NCBI GenBank assembly: GCA_963770515.1
Contig: CAVYPW010000003.1
Coordinates: 348,025-412,024, forward strand
From: an uncultured Alphaproteobacteria bacterium
GTDB lineage: Bacteria > Pseudomonadota > Alphaproteobacteria > Rhizobiales > Xanthobacteraceae
Length of the DNA stretch: 64,000 nucleotides
Direction of reading: 5' to 3'
Shown: positions 8,673 to 18,940 of the stretch, piece by piece
Numbering within the stretch: position 1 is the stretch's first letter
Layout of the letters: each line of letters begins with the position of its first letter
The notes under the pieces: generated by a model
Told to the model about the DNA's origin: nothing
Databases searched by the model: none
What the model saw: the letters and a program-made list of their open reading frames with translations, nothing else
Position numbers and translations under genes: made by a program

Positions 8673-9581
8673 ATGAGCATGACCAGCGATCCCGAAACCA
8701 CCTTTCTCGAACAGCTTGGCCAGCGTGTGCGCACCATGCGTGCGCTGCGCGGCATGTCGCGCAAGGTGCTGGCCAGAGTCTCCGGCATTTCCGAGCGTTA
8801 CATCGCGCAGTTAGAGGCTGGCCGCGGCAACGTCTCGATCGTGCTGCTGCGGCGGGTGTCGAACGCGATGGGCGCGCATCTGGAGGATCTGATTCCGGCC
8901 GCCGAACCGTCACCGGACTGGGCCGTGATCCGCGATCTCCTGCGCAAGGCGTCGTCGGCGCAGATCACACAAGCCAAGGACATTCTCGCCGGTCAGAACG
9001 CGTCGACGCAGCGGCTGAAATCTTTCGCCGGCATCGCCCTGATCGGATTGCGCGGCGCCGGCAAATCGACGCTCGGCAAACTGCTCGCCCAAAAGATCGG
9101 CTGGAATTTCGTCGAACTCAACAAGGAGATCGAGGCGCAAAACGGGCTCTCGGTCGCCGAGATCATAGCGCTCTACGGCCAGGAAGGTTTTCGCCGCCTG
9201 GAGCAGGCGGCGCTGACCCAATTGCTGGCGCGAAAAGAGCTAACGGTGCTGGCGACCGGCGGCGGCATCGTCTCCGAACCCGTGACATTCGATCTCATCC
9301 TGTCGTCGTTCTATACGATCTGGCTGAAGGCCGAGCCGGAAGAGCACATGGCCCGCGTCCGCAAGCAAGGCGATCTGCGTCCGATGGCCGACGACCGCTC
9401 GGCGATGGCGGAGTTGCGCAATATTCTGGTGAGCCGTGAGCCGCTCTACGCCCGTGCCTCCGCGGTGGTCGATACCGCCGGTCTCAGCGTGGATGCCGCC
9501 GCAGCCAGGCTGACCGAGGCGGTCGCGCCTGTGCTGCAAATCGAGTCGAAGGCGTTCGGCTTGCGCAGCGCGGCGCGCTGA
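8673..9581 (+). CDS. boxR: BoxR/BzdR-type regulator (XRE HTH + shikimate-kinase-like benzoyl-CoA sensor)
   Basis: N-terminal HTH (SGISERYIAQLEAGRGNVS) fused to GLRGAGKST...ATGGG shikimate-kinase fold; divergent from the ligase. Confidence 0.9.
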   Translation: MSMTSDPETTFLEQLGQRVRTMRALRGMSRKVLARVSGISERYIAQLEAGRGNVSIVLLRRVSNAMGAHLEDLIPAAEPSPDWAVIRDLLRKASSAQITQAKDILAGQNASTQRLKSFAGIALIGLRGAGKSTLGKLLAQKIGWNFVELNKEIEAQNGLSVAEIIALYGQEGFRRLEQAALTQLLARKELTVLATGGGIVSEPVTFDLILSSFYTIWLKAEPEEHMARVRKQGDLRPMADDRSAMAELRNILVSREPLYARASAVVDTAGLSVDAAAARLTEAVAPVLQIESKAFGLRSAAR

Positions 9582-9600
9582 TTGCGCCGCGAGCCGGATC

Positions 9601-10386
9601 TCATAGCAGCGTCGCCGTTACCTTCTCCGCGCCGTCCCGCAACAGCGGCAAAAAGCGCTTGATCATCTCATCGGTCGAGATGCGGTCGACATGGGCGCCG
9701 ATATTGATCGCAGCGACAATTGTGCCGTCGTAGCGCTTCACGGGCACGGCAATCGAACGAAAATGCGGCTCGGCTTCGCGATCGACCAGAGAATAACCAC
9801 GGAGACGGTCGGCGATGATCGCAGCACACAGACGCTTCGGATCGGTCAGCGTTTGCGGCGTGAGTGCCTCGCGCTTCATCGTGCCCAGCTTCGTCTTCAA
9901 CTCGGCCTCGGTGAGCCGGCCGAGTAGCACGCGGCCGACCGCCGTGCAGAAACTCGGAAGACGGTAGCCGATATCGACACCGCCCGAGAACATTCGGGTC
10001 GGACTGCCGCGTGCAATAAACACCACATCGTCGCCGTCGAGCACCGCGAGCGAACTGATCTCCTGCGCGGCTGTCGCAATCTCATCCAGCACCGGTTGCA
10101 GCACCGCCACGATCTGGTTCGAGCGCAAGTAGCTACCTGCGAGCGTCAGCACATGCGGCGTCGGCGCAAACAGCTTGCCGTCGCTTGAGACGTAGCCGCC
10201 GTGCTGAAGCGTCAAGAGAATGCGCCGGGCGGTGGCGCGCGGCAGGCCGGCTAGGTTCGCGATTTCACTCAGCGTCATCGGCGCGGACCGCGTGCCGAAG
10301 GCCTGCAACAGCCTTAAACCCCGATCGAGGCTTTCGACAAAGTCGGTGGCGCGCGGCTCGCCGTCGGTTCGCTTGGGCTTGACCAT
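9601..10386 (-). CDS. IclR family regulator, PcaR/PobR-like
   Basis: DFVESLDRGL HTH start, RATARRILLTL, GYRLPSFCTAVGRVLL, RSIAVPV. Confidence 0.9.
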   Translation of the reverse strand: MVKPKRTDGEPRATDFVESLDRGLRLLQAFGTRSAPMTLSEIANLAGLPRATARRILLTLQHGGYVSSDGKLFAPTPHVLTLAGSYLRSNQIVAVLQPVLDEIATAAQEISSLAVLDGDDVVFIARGSPTRMFSGGVDIGYRLPSFCTAVGRVLLGRLTEAELKTKLGTMKREALTPQTLTDPKRLCAAIIADRLRGYSLVDREAEPHFRSIAVPVKRYDGTIVAAINIGAHVDRISTDEMIKRFLPLLRDGAEKVTATLL

Positions 10387-10413
10387 GAGGGCTTGCGAAG
10401 TTTATCGCTCGTG

Positions 10414-10450
10414 CTACGATAATTGAACAAAAGTTCAATAGACGAACAAA
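10414..10450. promoter_or_regulatory. Tandem PcaR/PobR-like operator boxes in the divergent IclR / Rieske promoter
   Basis: ctacgataattgaacaaa (10414..10431) and gttcaatagacgaacaaa (10433..10450) resemble the recalled GTTCGATAATCGCACAAA box; they overlap a perfect ATTGAAC-N4-GTTCAAT palindrome. Confidence 0.55.
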
Positions 10451-10503
10451 CTTAGATGCGACTGCCTTCCACCGCAAGCCTTTTTAGGATGAGGTAACGC
10501 GCC

Positions 10504-11860
10504 ATGATGAGCCAGGAACAGAACGATCTGATCACCCGCACCGGGCCGAAAGACCCGTGCGGCAAGCTGATGCGGATGTACTGGCAACCGGCGGCGCTGG
10601 TCGACGAACTCGAAGGGCCGCGGCCGGTGCGCCCGGTCAAATTGCTCGGCGAAGACCTCGTGCTGTTTCGCGACGAAGCAAGGGCGTTACGGCCTGATCG
10701 AACGCCACTGCGCGCATCGCGGCGCCGATCTCGCCTTCGGCCGGCTTGAACATGGCGGGTTGCGCTGCGCCTTCCACGGCTGGCTGTTCGATGCGTCCGG
10801 CCAATGTCTGGAAACGCCGGCTGAACCTGCGAATTCCAAACTCTGCCAGGGCATCAAGCAACGCGCTTACCCGGTCGTGGAGAAGGGCGGCATTCTCTGG
10901 GCTTATCTGGGCGAAGGCGAACCGCCAGCCTTTCCCGAGATCGACGCTTTCGTTGCCCCCGGCAGCCACACCTTCGCGTTCAAGGGCCATATCAACTGCA
11001 ACTGGCTGCAAGCGCTCGAAGTCGGCATCGATCCTTCGCATGCTTCGTTCCTGCATCGCTTCTTCGAGGACGAAGACACCTCCACAGCCTATGGCCGCCA
11101 GTTCCGTGGCGCTTCCGCCGGCACCGAACTGCCGATGACCAAGATCCTGCGCGAGTACGATCGTCCGATCATCAACGTCGAACAGACCGAATATGGCCTT
11201 CGGCTGATCGCGCTGCGCGAGATCGACCAGGAGCGCACGCATGTGCGCGTTACCAACCAGCTTTTCCCTCATACGTTTGTTATCCCGATGAGCACGGAGA
11301 TGACGATTACGCAGTGGCACGTGCCGGTCGATGACGAGAATTGCTACTGGTATGCGATCTTCACGTCATACTCCGCGCCGGTCGACAAGACAAAGATGCG
11401 CGAGCAGCGCCTCGAACTTTACGAACTGCCGGATTATAAATCCCGCAAGAACAAGTCGAACGACTATGGCTTCGATCCCCACGAACAGGAGACCATGACC
11501 TATACCGGCATGGGCAGCGACATCAACGTACACGACCAGTGGGCGGTGGAATCGATGGGCCCGATCCAGGATCGCACCCGCGAGCATCTCGGCACCGCCG
11601 ACAAGGCGATCGCGCAGTATCGCCGCCTGTTGCGTCAGGAGATCGAGAAGGCCACTAAAGGGCAGACCCCGTTCATGTTCCTCGATGCCGCCCACGCCAG
11701 AAGCATTCAGGGGCCGGCGACCATGGATGGCATCGGACCGACGCGGGGCTGGGAAACCTACTGGATGGAAGTCGACGTCAAGCGCCGCCGCGGCGCGCCG
11801 TGGGCGGCTCCGGTGCCGGAAGAAGCGGCGGACAAGCCGCCGCATCTGAGGGTGGTGTGA
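10504..11860 (+). pseudogene. Rieske non-heme iron oxygenase alpha subunit (phthalate 4,5-dioxygenase/VanA-like), +1 frameshift near 10680 (probably a sequence error)
   Basis: Removing one base at 10678..10681 joins MMSQEQNDLITRTG... to GRYGLIERHCAHRGADL...LRCAFHGW (Rieske CxH...CxxH); IDPSHASFLH mononuclear Fe site and INVHDQW follow. Confidence 0.88.
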
Positions 11861-11884
11861 GTGGCCACCACGGTTCGCCACATC

Positions 11885-12012
11885 GTCATTCCGGGATGGT
11901 GCGTAAGCACCAGACCCGGAATCCATTTCTCCCAGCATTTCAGCGGTGCCATGGATTCTCTGATGTGCAACCGCACATCAAAGTTCGCGACTTCGTCGCG
12001 CCCCGGAATGAC
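11885..12012. repeat. REP/MITE-like palindromic element (GTCATTCCGGG...CCCGGAATGAC)
   Basis: 11-bp terminal inverted repeat with internal hairpins, between the oxygenase and GS-like genes. Confidence 0.8.
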
Positions 12013-12027
12013 ACGTGGGGTTACGCA

Positions 12028-13465
12028 TTGAGCTTCGTTGAACGTCACGGTCTCTGGACGAGCGAGCAGAAAGAGGCGGCGAGCCGCCTTCGCCGCATCG
12101 TCGAGGAGCAAAAGCTCGAGACCATCCGCCTGTCGTTTCCCGATCAGCACGGCATCCTCCGGGGCAAGACGCTGGTTGCAAGCGAAGCACTCGCGTCGCT
12201 CGAAAGCGGCTGCACCATCACCACCACGATGTTCGCCAAGGACACCGCGCACCGCACGGTGTTTCCGGTGTTCACCTCCGGCGGCGGGTTCGGCATGCCG
12301 GAGATGGAAGGCGCGGCCGACGTGCTGATGGTGGCCGACCCCTCAAGCTTCCGCGTGCTGCCCTGGGCGCCCGTCGACCGGCTGGCTGCTGTGCGATGTA
12401 CATTTCGCCGACGGACGCGCGGTGCCGTTTGCGACAAGGCATCTGTTTCGCAAGGTGCTGGACCAGCTCGGCCAGCGCGGCCTCGATTTCGTCGCCGGCC
12501 TCGAAGTCGAGTTTCACATCTTCAAACTCGAAGACCCGAAGATGTCGCCCGAAGACGCGGGCCAGCCCGGACGGCCGCCGGAGGTGAGCCTGCTCTCGCA
12601 CGGCTACCAATACCTGACCGAGCAACGCTACGACCAGATGGCCCCGGTGCTCGATCTTATCCGGCGCGATGTTCTCGCGCTCGGCCTGCCACTGCGCTCG
12701 GTCGAAGTGGAATTCGGCCCCAGCCAGTGCGAATTCACCTTTGCGCCGCGACGAGGACTTGAGCCTGCCGACAACATGGTGCTGTTCCGGAGCGCCGTGA
12801 AACAGATCGCCCAACGTCATGGCTATCACGCCACTTTCATGTGCCGGCCGAAACTGCCGAATGTATTTGCTTCCGGCTGGCATTTGCATCAGTCGATCGT
12901 CTCGCGCGACAGCGGCGAAAACGCGTTCATGGCGAAAGACAGCGACGCGGCATTAAGCCCGCTCGGTCGTCATTATCTCGCAGGCCTCCTGCAGCACGCG
13001 CGCGCCTCGGCGGTGTTCGCGACGCCGACGATCAACGGCTACAAACGCTACCGCGCCTATTCGCTGGCGCCGGATCGCGCGATCTGGGGCCGCGACAACC
13101 GTGGCGTGATGGTGCGCATGCTCGGTGGCGCGAACGATCCGGCGACGCGGCTGGAAAATCGCATCGGTGAGCCCGCCGCCAATCCGTATCTCTACATGGC
13201 CTCGCAAATTCTGGCGGGCCTCGACGGTATCGATCGCGCGCTCGAGCCGCCCCCGCCGCCGACACGCCTTACGAGACGCAGGCGACCAGCGTTGCCGAAA
13301 ACGCTGCGCGAGGCGCTGGACGCGCTGAAAGCGGATAGCTTCTTCCGCGAAAAACTCGGCGCGGGCTTTGTCGATTATTATCACCACATCAAGAACGCGG
13401 AACTCGAACGCTTCCAGGCCGAGGTCTCGGACTGGGAGCAGCGCGAATATTTCGAGATGTTTTGA
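12028..13465 (+). pseudogene. Glutamine synthetase-like protein (gamma-glutamyl ligase type), +1 frameshift near 12371 (probably a sequence error)
   Basis: TTG start LSFVERHGLW; RLSFPDQHGILRGK; after the shift GLEVEF, EVEFGPSQCEF, FMCRP...SGWHLHQS, WGRDNR and RLENRIGEPAANPYL. Confidence 0.88.
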
Positions 13466-13495
13466 ATTGGCGCCGCTGCGCCAAACTCCATTTCC

Positions 13496-15287
13496 TCAAA
13501 ACACCAACTGCGTCCGCGCCCCAACCCAGTCGATAGCGGCGCCGCGATAGTTCGGGCCGCCGAAGAATTGCGGATTGTCGACGACGACATGTTCGTAATC
13601 GAGCATGAACTTCATGTTGAGGTTCGGATACCAGTTGAGGCCGACGCCGTAACTCGTCTCCTTGCCGCCGCCATAGGTGGTGGTGCCGCCGGTGAAAACA
13701 CCCGGCGCGGAATAGGCCGGTCCGAGCACCGCGGTCGTCAGGAACGGACTGTTGAGATTGATGACCGTAAAGCGCGTCGCCAGTTCAAGCGCACCCCAGC
13801 CGGGGGTCCCCCATACCAGCGGCGATTCCGGAATCACGCCGGTATAGGCGCCGCGCGTCGGATCGTAGTGCCTGACACCGCCGATGCTGTAGCTCGCCTG
13901 AAGATATCCGCCGTCGAAATTGAGCGTGGGGCCGCCAACGCCGCCTTGCAGATTGCCGGGCGTCGTCGGCACGCCGGCACGGGTATCGATGATGTAGTGA
14001 TAGTATTCGCCTTGCGCGAAGAAGTTCTTGTAGGAGCCCGCAACTTCGACGCCGAACACCTGGCCGCCGCTTGCCGGGATATTGCCGGTCGCCAGGAACG
14101 AGGTCGGATCGACGCGAAGCTCGGGCCGGTCGGACAGCGAAACCGCCTGGAGATTGGCCCCGATGCTGGGATCGAACAGATTGGCGTAGTTGAAGCCGAT
14201 GTGGAACGTCGCGTCCTTTTCCGCAATCACCTGATAGGCACCACGGGCCAGGAAGGCGAGTTGCGGCCCAGCGCCGGTCATTTGCGCGCTGGTGACGCAA
14301 GGCGTTCCAGCAGTGACTGCCACCGTGCCGGTGTTGCAGGAAGCGCCGGCGGTATGCAGCGCGCCGGCATTGGGCCCGGTCAGGTAGAGCGCCCAGCCAA
14401 TAGCGGTCATTGTTGGAACGCACGTCGATCGCCGACCGGAAATCGCCGCCGCCGAACGTGGTGGCGACGACTTGCGCGCTCGAACGCTCCAGGAACATCA
14501 GATCGTTCGAACTGGTGGCCTCTTCCAGTGTCCACGGCACATCCATGATGCCGAAGTCGAACGCGACCGGAAATTGCTGGCCGTGGCTGTAAAAGCCGTT
14601 GTAGGTGATGAACGCGTTCTCCACACCCGATAGAAAGGTGTTGCTGGTGGTCGGGCTGGTGCTGGAGTTGGCGCTCGCGAGCGCGTTGTTGATGTTGCTC
14701 GAGTCCGACGAATTGCCGAAATCGTAAACGAAAGCGTAGTGCCAGTCGCTCATGAAGGTGCCGATGACGCCGATACGGGCGCGGCGCAGATCGACGCCGT
14801 CCGAAAGGCCCTTGCGGTCAAGCGTCTCCGCGCCCGGATTGTAGTTGGTGTAACCGCCGGTATCGACCTGAAGACGTCCGAACAGTTCGACGGTATTGTC
14901 GCCGGTCGCATCCGAAAAGCCGAAATGATAGCCGCGGTCGTAGGTCATCAGCACCTTGGCCGGCACAGCCGGCGGCGGAAGACCCGGCGGCAAGATCGAA
15001 GACTTCGGTAGCTCCGCTGCGGGCGGCGGCACCGCCGCAGCCGTCGCGACCGGCTTCTGCTTGCGCAGCCGCTTGATCTCCGCCTGCAACGCCTTGATCT
15101 CGTTTTCGTGCCGTTCTTCCAATTGCTGGAGATGGGCCTCAAGCTTCTGAAGCGTGGCGCTATCGTCCGCTCGTGCGCTTCCGCTCACGAGCCAGATCAC
15201 ACCTGAAGCGATGAAAATGAACGAAGCCTGTTTAGCTGAAGTGCGCACGCGCCTGGTAGCGGTGTTACCGCGGATTTCCGAACTCAT
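13496..15287 (-). pseudogene. OprO/OprP-like outer-membrane porin with N-terminal coiled coil, +1 frameshift near 14387 (probably a sequence error)
   Basis: Signal peptide, coiled coil, GRLQVD, RRARIG, LMFLERS, LSDRPELRVD, GLNWYPN and terminal Phe; YWLGA joins YLTGP after removing one base. Confidence 0.8.
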
Positions 15288-15472
15288 AATGCCCCCGAAC
15301 CAGATCTGGAATCGGGCGTATCAAGATCAGCGAAAAATGCGCTGTCAAATCGGGGTTAAAGCCAGTTGAGATCGGCGATCAAGCGATAGCGGAATGCTTT
15401 ATCGACCGCGCGCGGAAGAAGTCTTTTCTCATGAAAAAATCTTGACGCCGCAGCGGCAATCAGGTGCGCGTC

Positions 15473-16207
15473 TCAAATGCCGAGATAGCGGTGTTGCAGA
15501 TCGGGCTCCGCGATCAATTGCGCAGAGGTACCGCTCCACACAGCGCGGCCGCGCTCGATGACGTAGTGACGGTCGGCGATGCGGGCGAGGTTCTCGACAT
15601 TCTTGTCGATCACCAGCACCGACTGACCGCGAGCTTTGAGCATCGACAGGCAGTTCCAGATTTCCTCGCGGATCAGCGGCGCCAGACCTTCGGTGGCCTC
15701 GTCGAGAATCAACAGCCGCGGGTTGGTCATCAGCGCGCGTCCGATCGCCAGCATCTGCTGCTCGCCGCCGGAAAGCTGATTGCCCATATTATTGCTGCGC
15801 TCGGCGAGCCGCGGAAACAGTGCGTGAATTTTCTCCAGCGTCCAGGGATCATCGGCGCCGAGACGGTTGGCGGACGCCGCGACCAGATTTTCGCGCACGT
15901 TAAGGTTCGGAAAAATCTGACGGCCTTCGGGAACGAGCCCGATCCCGAGTTGCGCGATGCGGAAGGCGGCGAGCCCCCGCACCTCCCGGCCGCCGAAGCG
16001 AACCGTGCCGGCGCGCGGCGGCGTCAGCCCCAGTATCGAGCGGACGGTCGTGGTCTTACCCATGCCGTTGCGGCCCATCAGAGCGACCATCTCGCCGCTG
16101 TGGATCGATAACGACAGGCCGAACAGCACCTGGCTGAGACCGTAACAAGTCTCCAGTCCCTCGACTTCGAGCAGCGGTCTCGTATCAGCCGACGTTCCCT
16201 TAGTCAT
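15473..16207 (-). CDS. Liv-type ABC transporter ATP-binding protein (LivF-like)
   Basis: GRNGMGKTT, LSGGEQQMLAIGRAL, LILDEATEGL. Confidence 0.92.
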   Translation of the reverse strand: MTKGTSADTRPLLEVEGLETCYGLSQVLFGLSLSIHSGEMVALMGRNGMGKTTTVRSILGLTPPRAGTVRFGGREVRGLAAFRIAQLGIGLVPEGRQIFPNLNVRENLVAASANRLGADDPWTLEKIHALFPRLAERSNNMGNQLSGGEQQMLAIGRALMTNPRLLILDEATEGLAPLIREEIWNCLSMLKARGQSVLVIDKNVENLARIADRHYVIERGRAVWSGTSAQLIAEPDLQHRYLGI

Positions 16208-16967
16208 GGGCGGTCACCACATGCTGATCGCCGAGATAGGCGCGCTTGACCTCTTCGTTGCTGCGGATCGCCGCCGGCACATCGGAAGCGATCACGCGTC
16301 CATAGACCAGCACGGTGATGCGATCGGCGAGCGCGAACACCGCGTTCATATCGTGTTCGACCAGGACGATCGTGACCTCCTGCCGAAGTTCGGCGAGCAG
16401 CTTCACCATGCGCGCCAATTCAGTTATCCCGAGGCCCGCCATCGGCTCATCCAGCAACAGCAATTGCGGTTTGGTCGCGAGCGCAACGGCCAACTCGAGC
16501 TCGCGCTGTTCGCCGTGGCTTAGCCTGGAAACCAAGACGTCGGCGCGGCCGAGAAGTCCGACCCGATCGAGCGCCGCATGCGCGGCTGCGCGTAGTGGCT
16601 TTTCTTCTCTCGCATTGCCGAAAAAGCGGAACGAATGACCGTCGCGCGCCTGTGCCGCCAGCGCAACGTTGTCGGCCGCGGTGAAATTCGGCAATAGCGA
16701 GGTAATCTGGAACGAGCGCGCCAGCCCAAGCCGGCTGCGCTTCCAGGCCGGCAGATGCGTGACGTCCTGGCCCGCGAAACGAATGGTGCCGGCGGAGGGA
16801 CGCAGCTGGCCGATCAACTGGCTGATCAGCGTGGTCTTGCCGGCGCCGTTCGGCCCGATGATCGCGTGCAATTCGCCGCGCGCGATATCGAGCGATAGAT
16901 TGTCGGTGGCGACGATGCCGCCGAAACGGCGCACCAGATTTTCGATGCGGAGCAACGGTTCAGTCAC
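16200..16967 (-). CDS. Liv-type ABC transporter ATP-binding protein (LivG-like)
   Basis: GPNGAGKTT, LSHGEQR, LLLDEPMAG, VEHDM, YLG C-terminus. Confidence 0.92.
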   Translation of the reverse strand: MTEPLLRIENLVRRFGGIVATDNLSLDIARGELHAIIGPNGAGKTTLISQLIGQLRPSAGTIRFAGQDVTHLPAWKRSRLGLARSFQITSLLPNFTAADNVALAAQARDGHSFRFFGNAREEKPLRAAAHAALDRVGLLGRADVLVSRLSHGEQRELELAVALATKPQLLLLDEPMAGLGITELARMVKLLAELRQEVTIVLVEHDMNAVFALADRITVLVYGRVIASDVPAAIRSNEEVKRAYLGDQHVVTAHD

Positions 16968-17908
16968 GGGAAAAACTCCCGATCAGCCCCAGAATGCCGC
17001 CACGGCCGAACAGCACGATCAGAAGCAAAAGCGGCCCCATGATCATCGCCCAATATTCGGTGACCTGCGAGAGAAACTCCTCAAGCACGAGATAGACGAT
17101 GGCGCCGACCACCGGGCCGAACAGCGATCCCATCCCGCCAAGGATGACCATGACCATGAGATCGCCCGAGCGGGTCCAGTACATCACGGCAGGACTGATG
17201 AAATCGGTGTTATTAGCCAATAGCGCACCTGCTAGGCCACACATCGTGCCCGCAATGACAAAGCAAACCAGCTGATATCTGGTTGCCGGAAAGCCAATCG
17301 CCTGCATGCGCTGCTCGTTCGCGCGCAAGCCCTGCACCACCAGACCAAAGCGCGAATTGATGATGCGCCAGACCAGAATGACGCCACCGAGCAGACAAAA
17401 CAGGCAGAGATAATAGAACTGAACCCGGTTCGACAGGTTGATCAGGCCGCCGAAGGTGCTGCGCTTATAGATCGTCAGCCCGTCGTCGCCGCCGTAGCGC
17501 GACAGGCCGGAGGCGACGTAGTAGGCCATCTGCGCAAAAGCGAGCGTGATCATGATAAAATAGACGCCACGCGTGCGCAGGGATAGCGCGCCGATCACCA
17601 GCGCGAACAGCGCCGAGGCGAATAGCGCGACCGGCCACTGGACAAAGCCGGAGCCGAAGCCTTCGGCGGCGAGAATGCCGACCGCATAGCCGCCGATGCC
17701 GAGATAGGCGGCATGGCCGAAACTCATCATTCCGCCATAGCCCATGATGAGGTTGAGGCTGACGGCGGCGAGCGCGAAGATCACGATGCGCGTAAACAAG
17801 GTCAGCACGAAGAACGTTGCCGGTTGCTTGCGAGAACAGCGGCAGCAACAAAAGACCAGCGACGACGATCGCCGCCACCGCGTTGCGGAGAGTGAACCAG
17901 GAAGTCAT
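16960..17908 (-). pseudogene. Liv-type ABC permease (LivM-like), +1 frameshift near 17812 (probably a sequence error)
   Basis: MTSWFTLRN...QATGNV joins FVLTLFTRIVIFALAAVSLNLIMGYGGMMSFGHAAY after removing one base. Confidence 0.85.
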
Positions 17909-18822
17909 CGACGGTTGGCCGGAAACAGTCCCTCAGGCCGTGCCACCAGCACGATCGCCATCAGGAGATAGATCAGCATCGAGGACAGCGCGGGCGCCGC
18001 GGTCGAAGCCGCCGAGGAACTGAGGATATGCCGCAGGAAATCGGGCAGGAAGGCGCGGCCGAGCGTGTCGATCATCCCGACCAGGATCGCCGCGACGAAC
18101 GCGCCGCGGATCGAGCCGATGCCGCCGATGACAATGATCACGAAGGCAAGGATCAGAATATTCTCGCCCATGCCAATCTGCACGGTGAGGATCGGCGCCT
18201 GCATCATCCCGGCAAGGCCGGCGAGCGCCGCGCCCAATCCGAACACCAGCGTATAGAGCAGCTTGATGTTGATGCCGAGCGCGCCGATCATTTCGCGGTT
18301 CGATGCACCGGCACGGATCAGCATGCCGATGCGGGTGCGCATCACCACGAGATAGAGCATCAAGGCCACCACCATCGCGACCGCGATGATGGCAAGCCGG
18401 TAGGCGGGATAGAACACGCCGGGCACGATCTGCACCGGCACGGTGAGCCAGGTGGGCAGCGGCAGCGCCAGACCGGCCGGCCCCCAGACCAGGCGGACCA
18501 AATCGTTGAAGAACAAAATCAGCCCAAAGGTTGCGAGCACGTGATCGAGATGATCTCGGCCGTAGAGATGTCGTAACGCGACCACCTCAAGCACAATGCC
18601 AAGCAGCAGCGTGGCGCCCAGCGCCAGCACAATGCCGAGAACGAAACTCCCGGTCCACGCCACGAAGGTCGCGGCGAAATAGGCGCCCATCATATAGAGT
18701 GAGCCGTGGGCGAGGTTGACGAGGTCCATGATGCCAAAGACAAGCGTCAGCCCTGCCGCCAGCAAGAACAGCAGCAGGCCGAATTGCAGTCCGTTCAGGA
18801 ATTGTTCGACGACAAGCAGCAT
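17905..18822 (-). CDS. Liv-type ABC permease (LivH-like)
   Basis: QFLNGL, GLTLVFGIM.LVNLAHG, IIVIGGIGS. Confidence 0.92.
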   Translation of the reverse strand: MLLVVEQFLNGLQFGLLLFLLAAGLTLVFGIMDLVNLAHGSLYMMGAYFAATFVAWTGSFVLGIVLALGATLLLGIVLEVVALRHLYGRDHLDHVLATFGLILFFNDLVRLVWGPAGLALPLPTWLTVPVQIVPGVFYPAYRLAIIAVAMVVALMLYLVVMRTRIGMLIRAGASNREMIGALGINIKLLYTLVFGLGAALAGLAGMMQAPILTVQIGMGENILILAFVIIVIGGIGSIRGAFVAAILVGMIDTLGRAFLPDFLRHILSSSAASTAAPALSSMLIYLLMAIVLVARPEGLFPANRR

Positions 18823-18940
18823 GAAGGTTTCGGTTCGCCTCGATCGGCCTTGTTACGACATTGCCGTGTCACGGCATGGCCATGACTGCAAGACACGTGC
18901 CGACAGGAAAATGCCAACCGGCTTGTCGAAACAACCGCCG

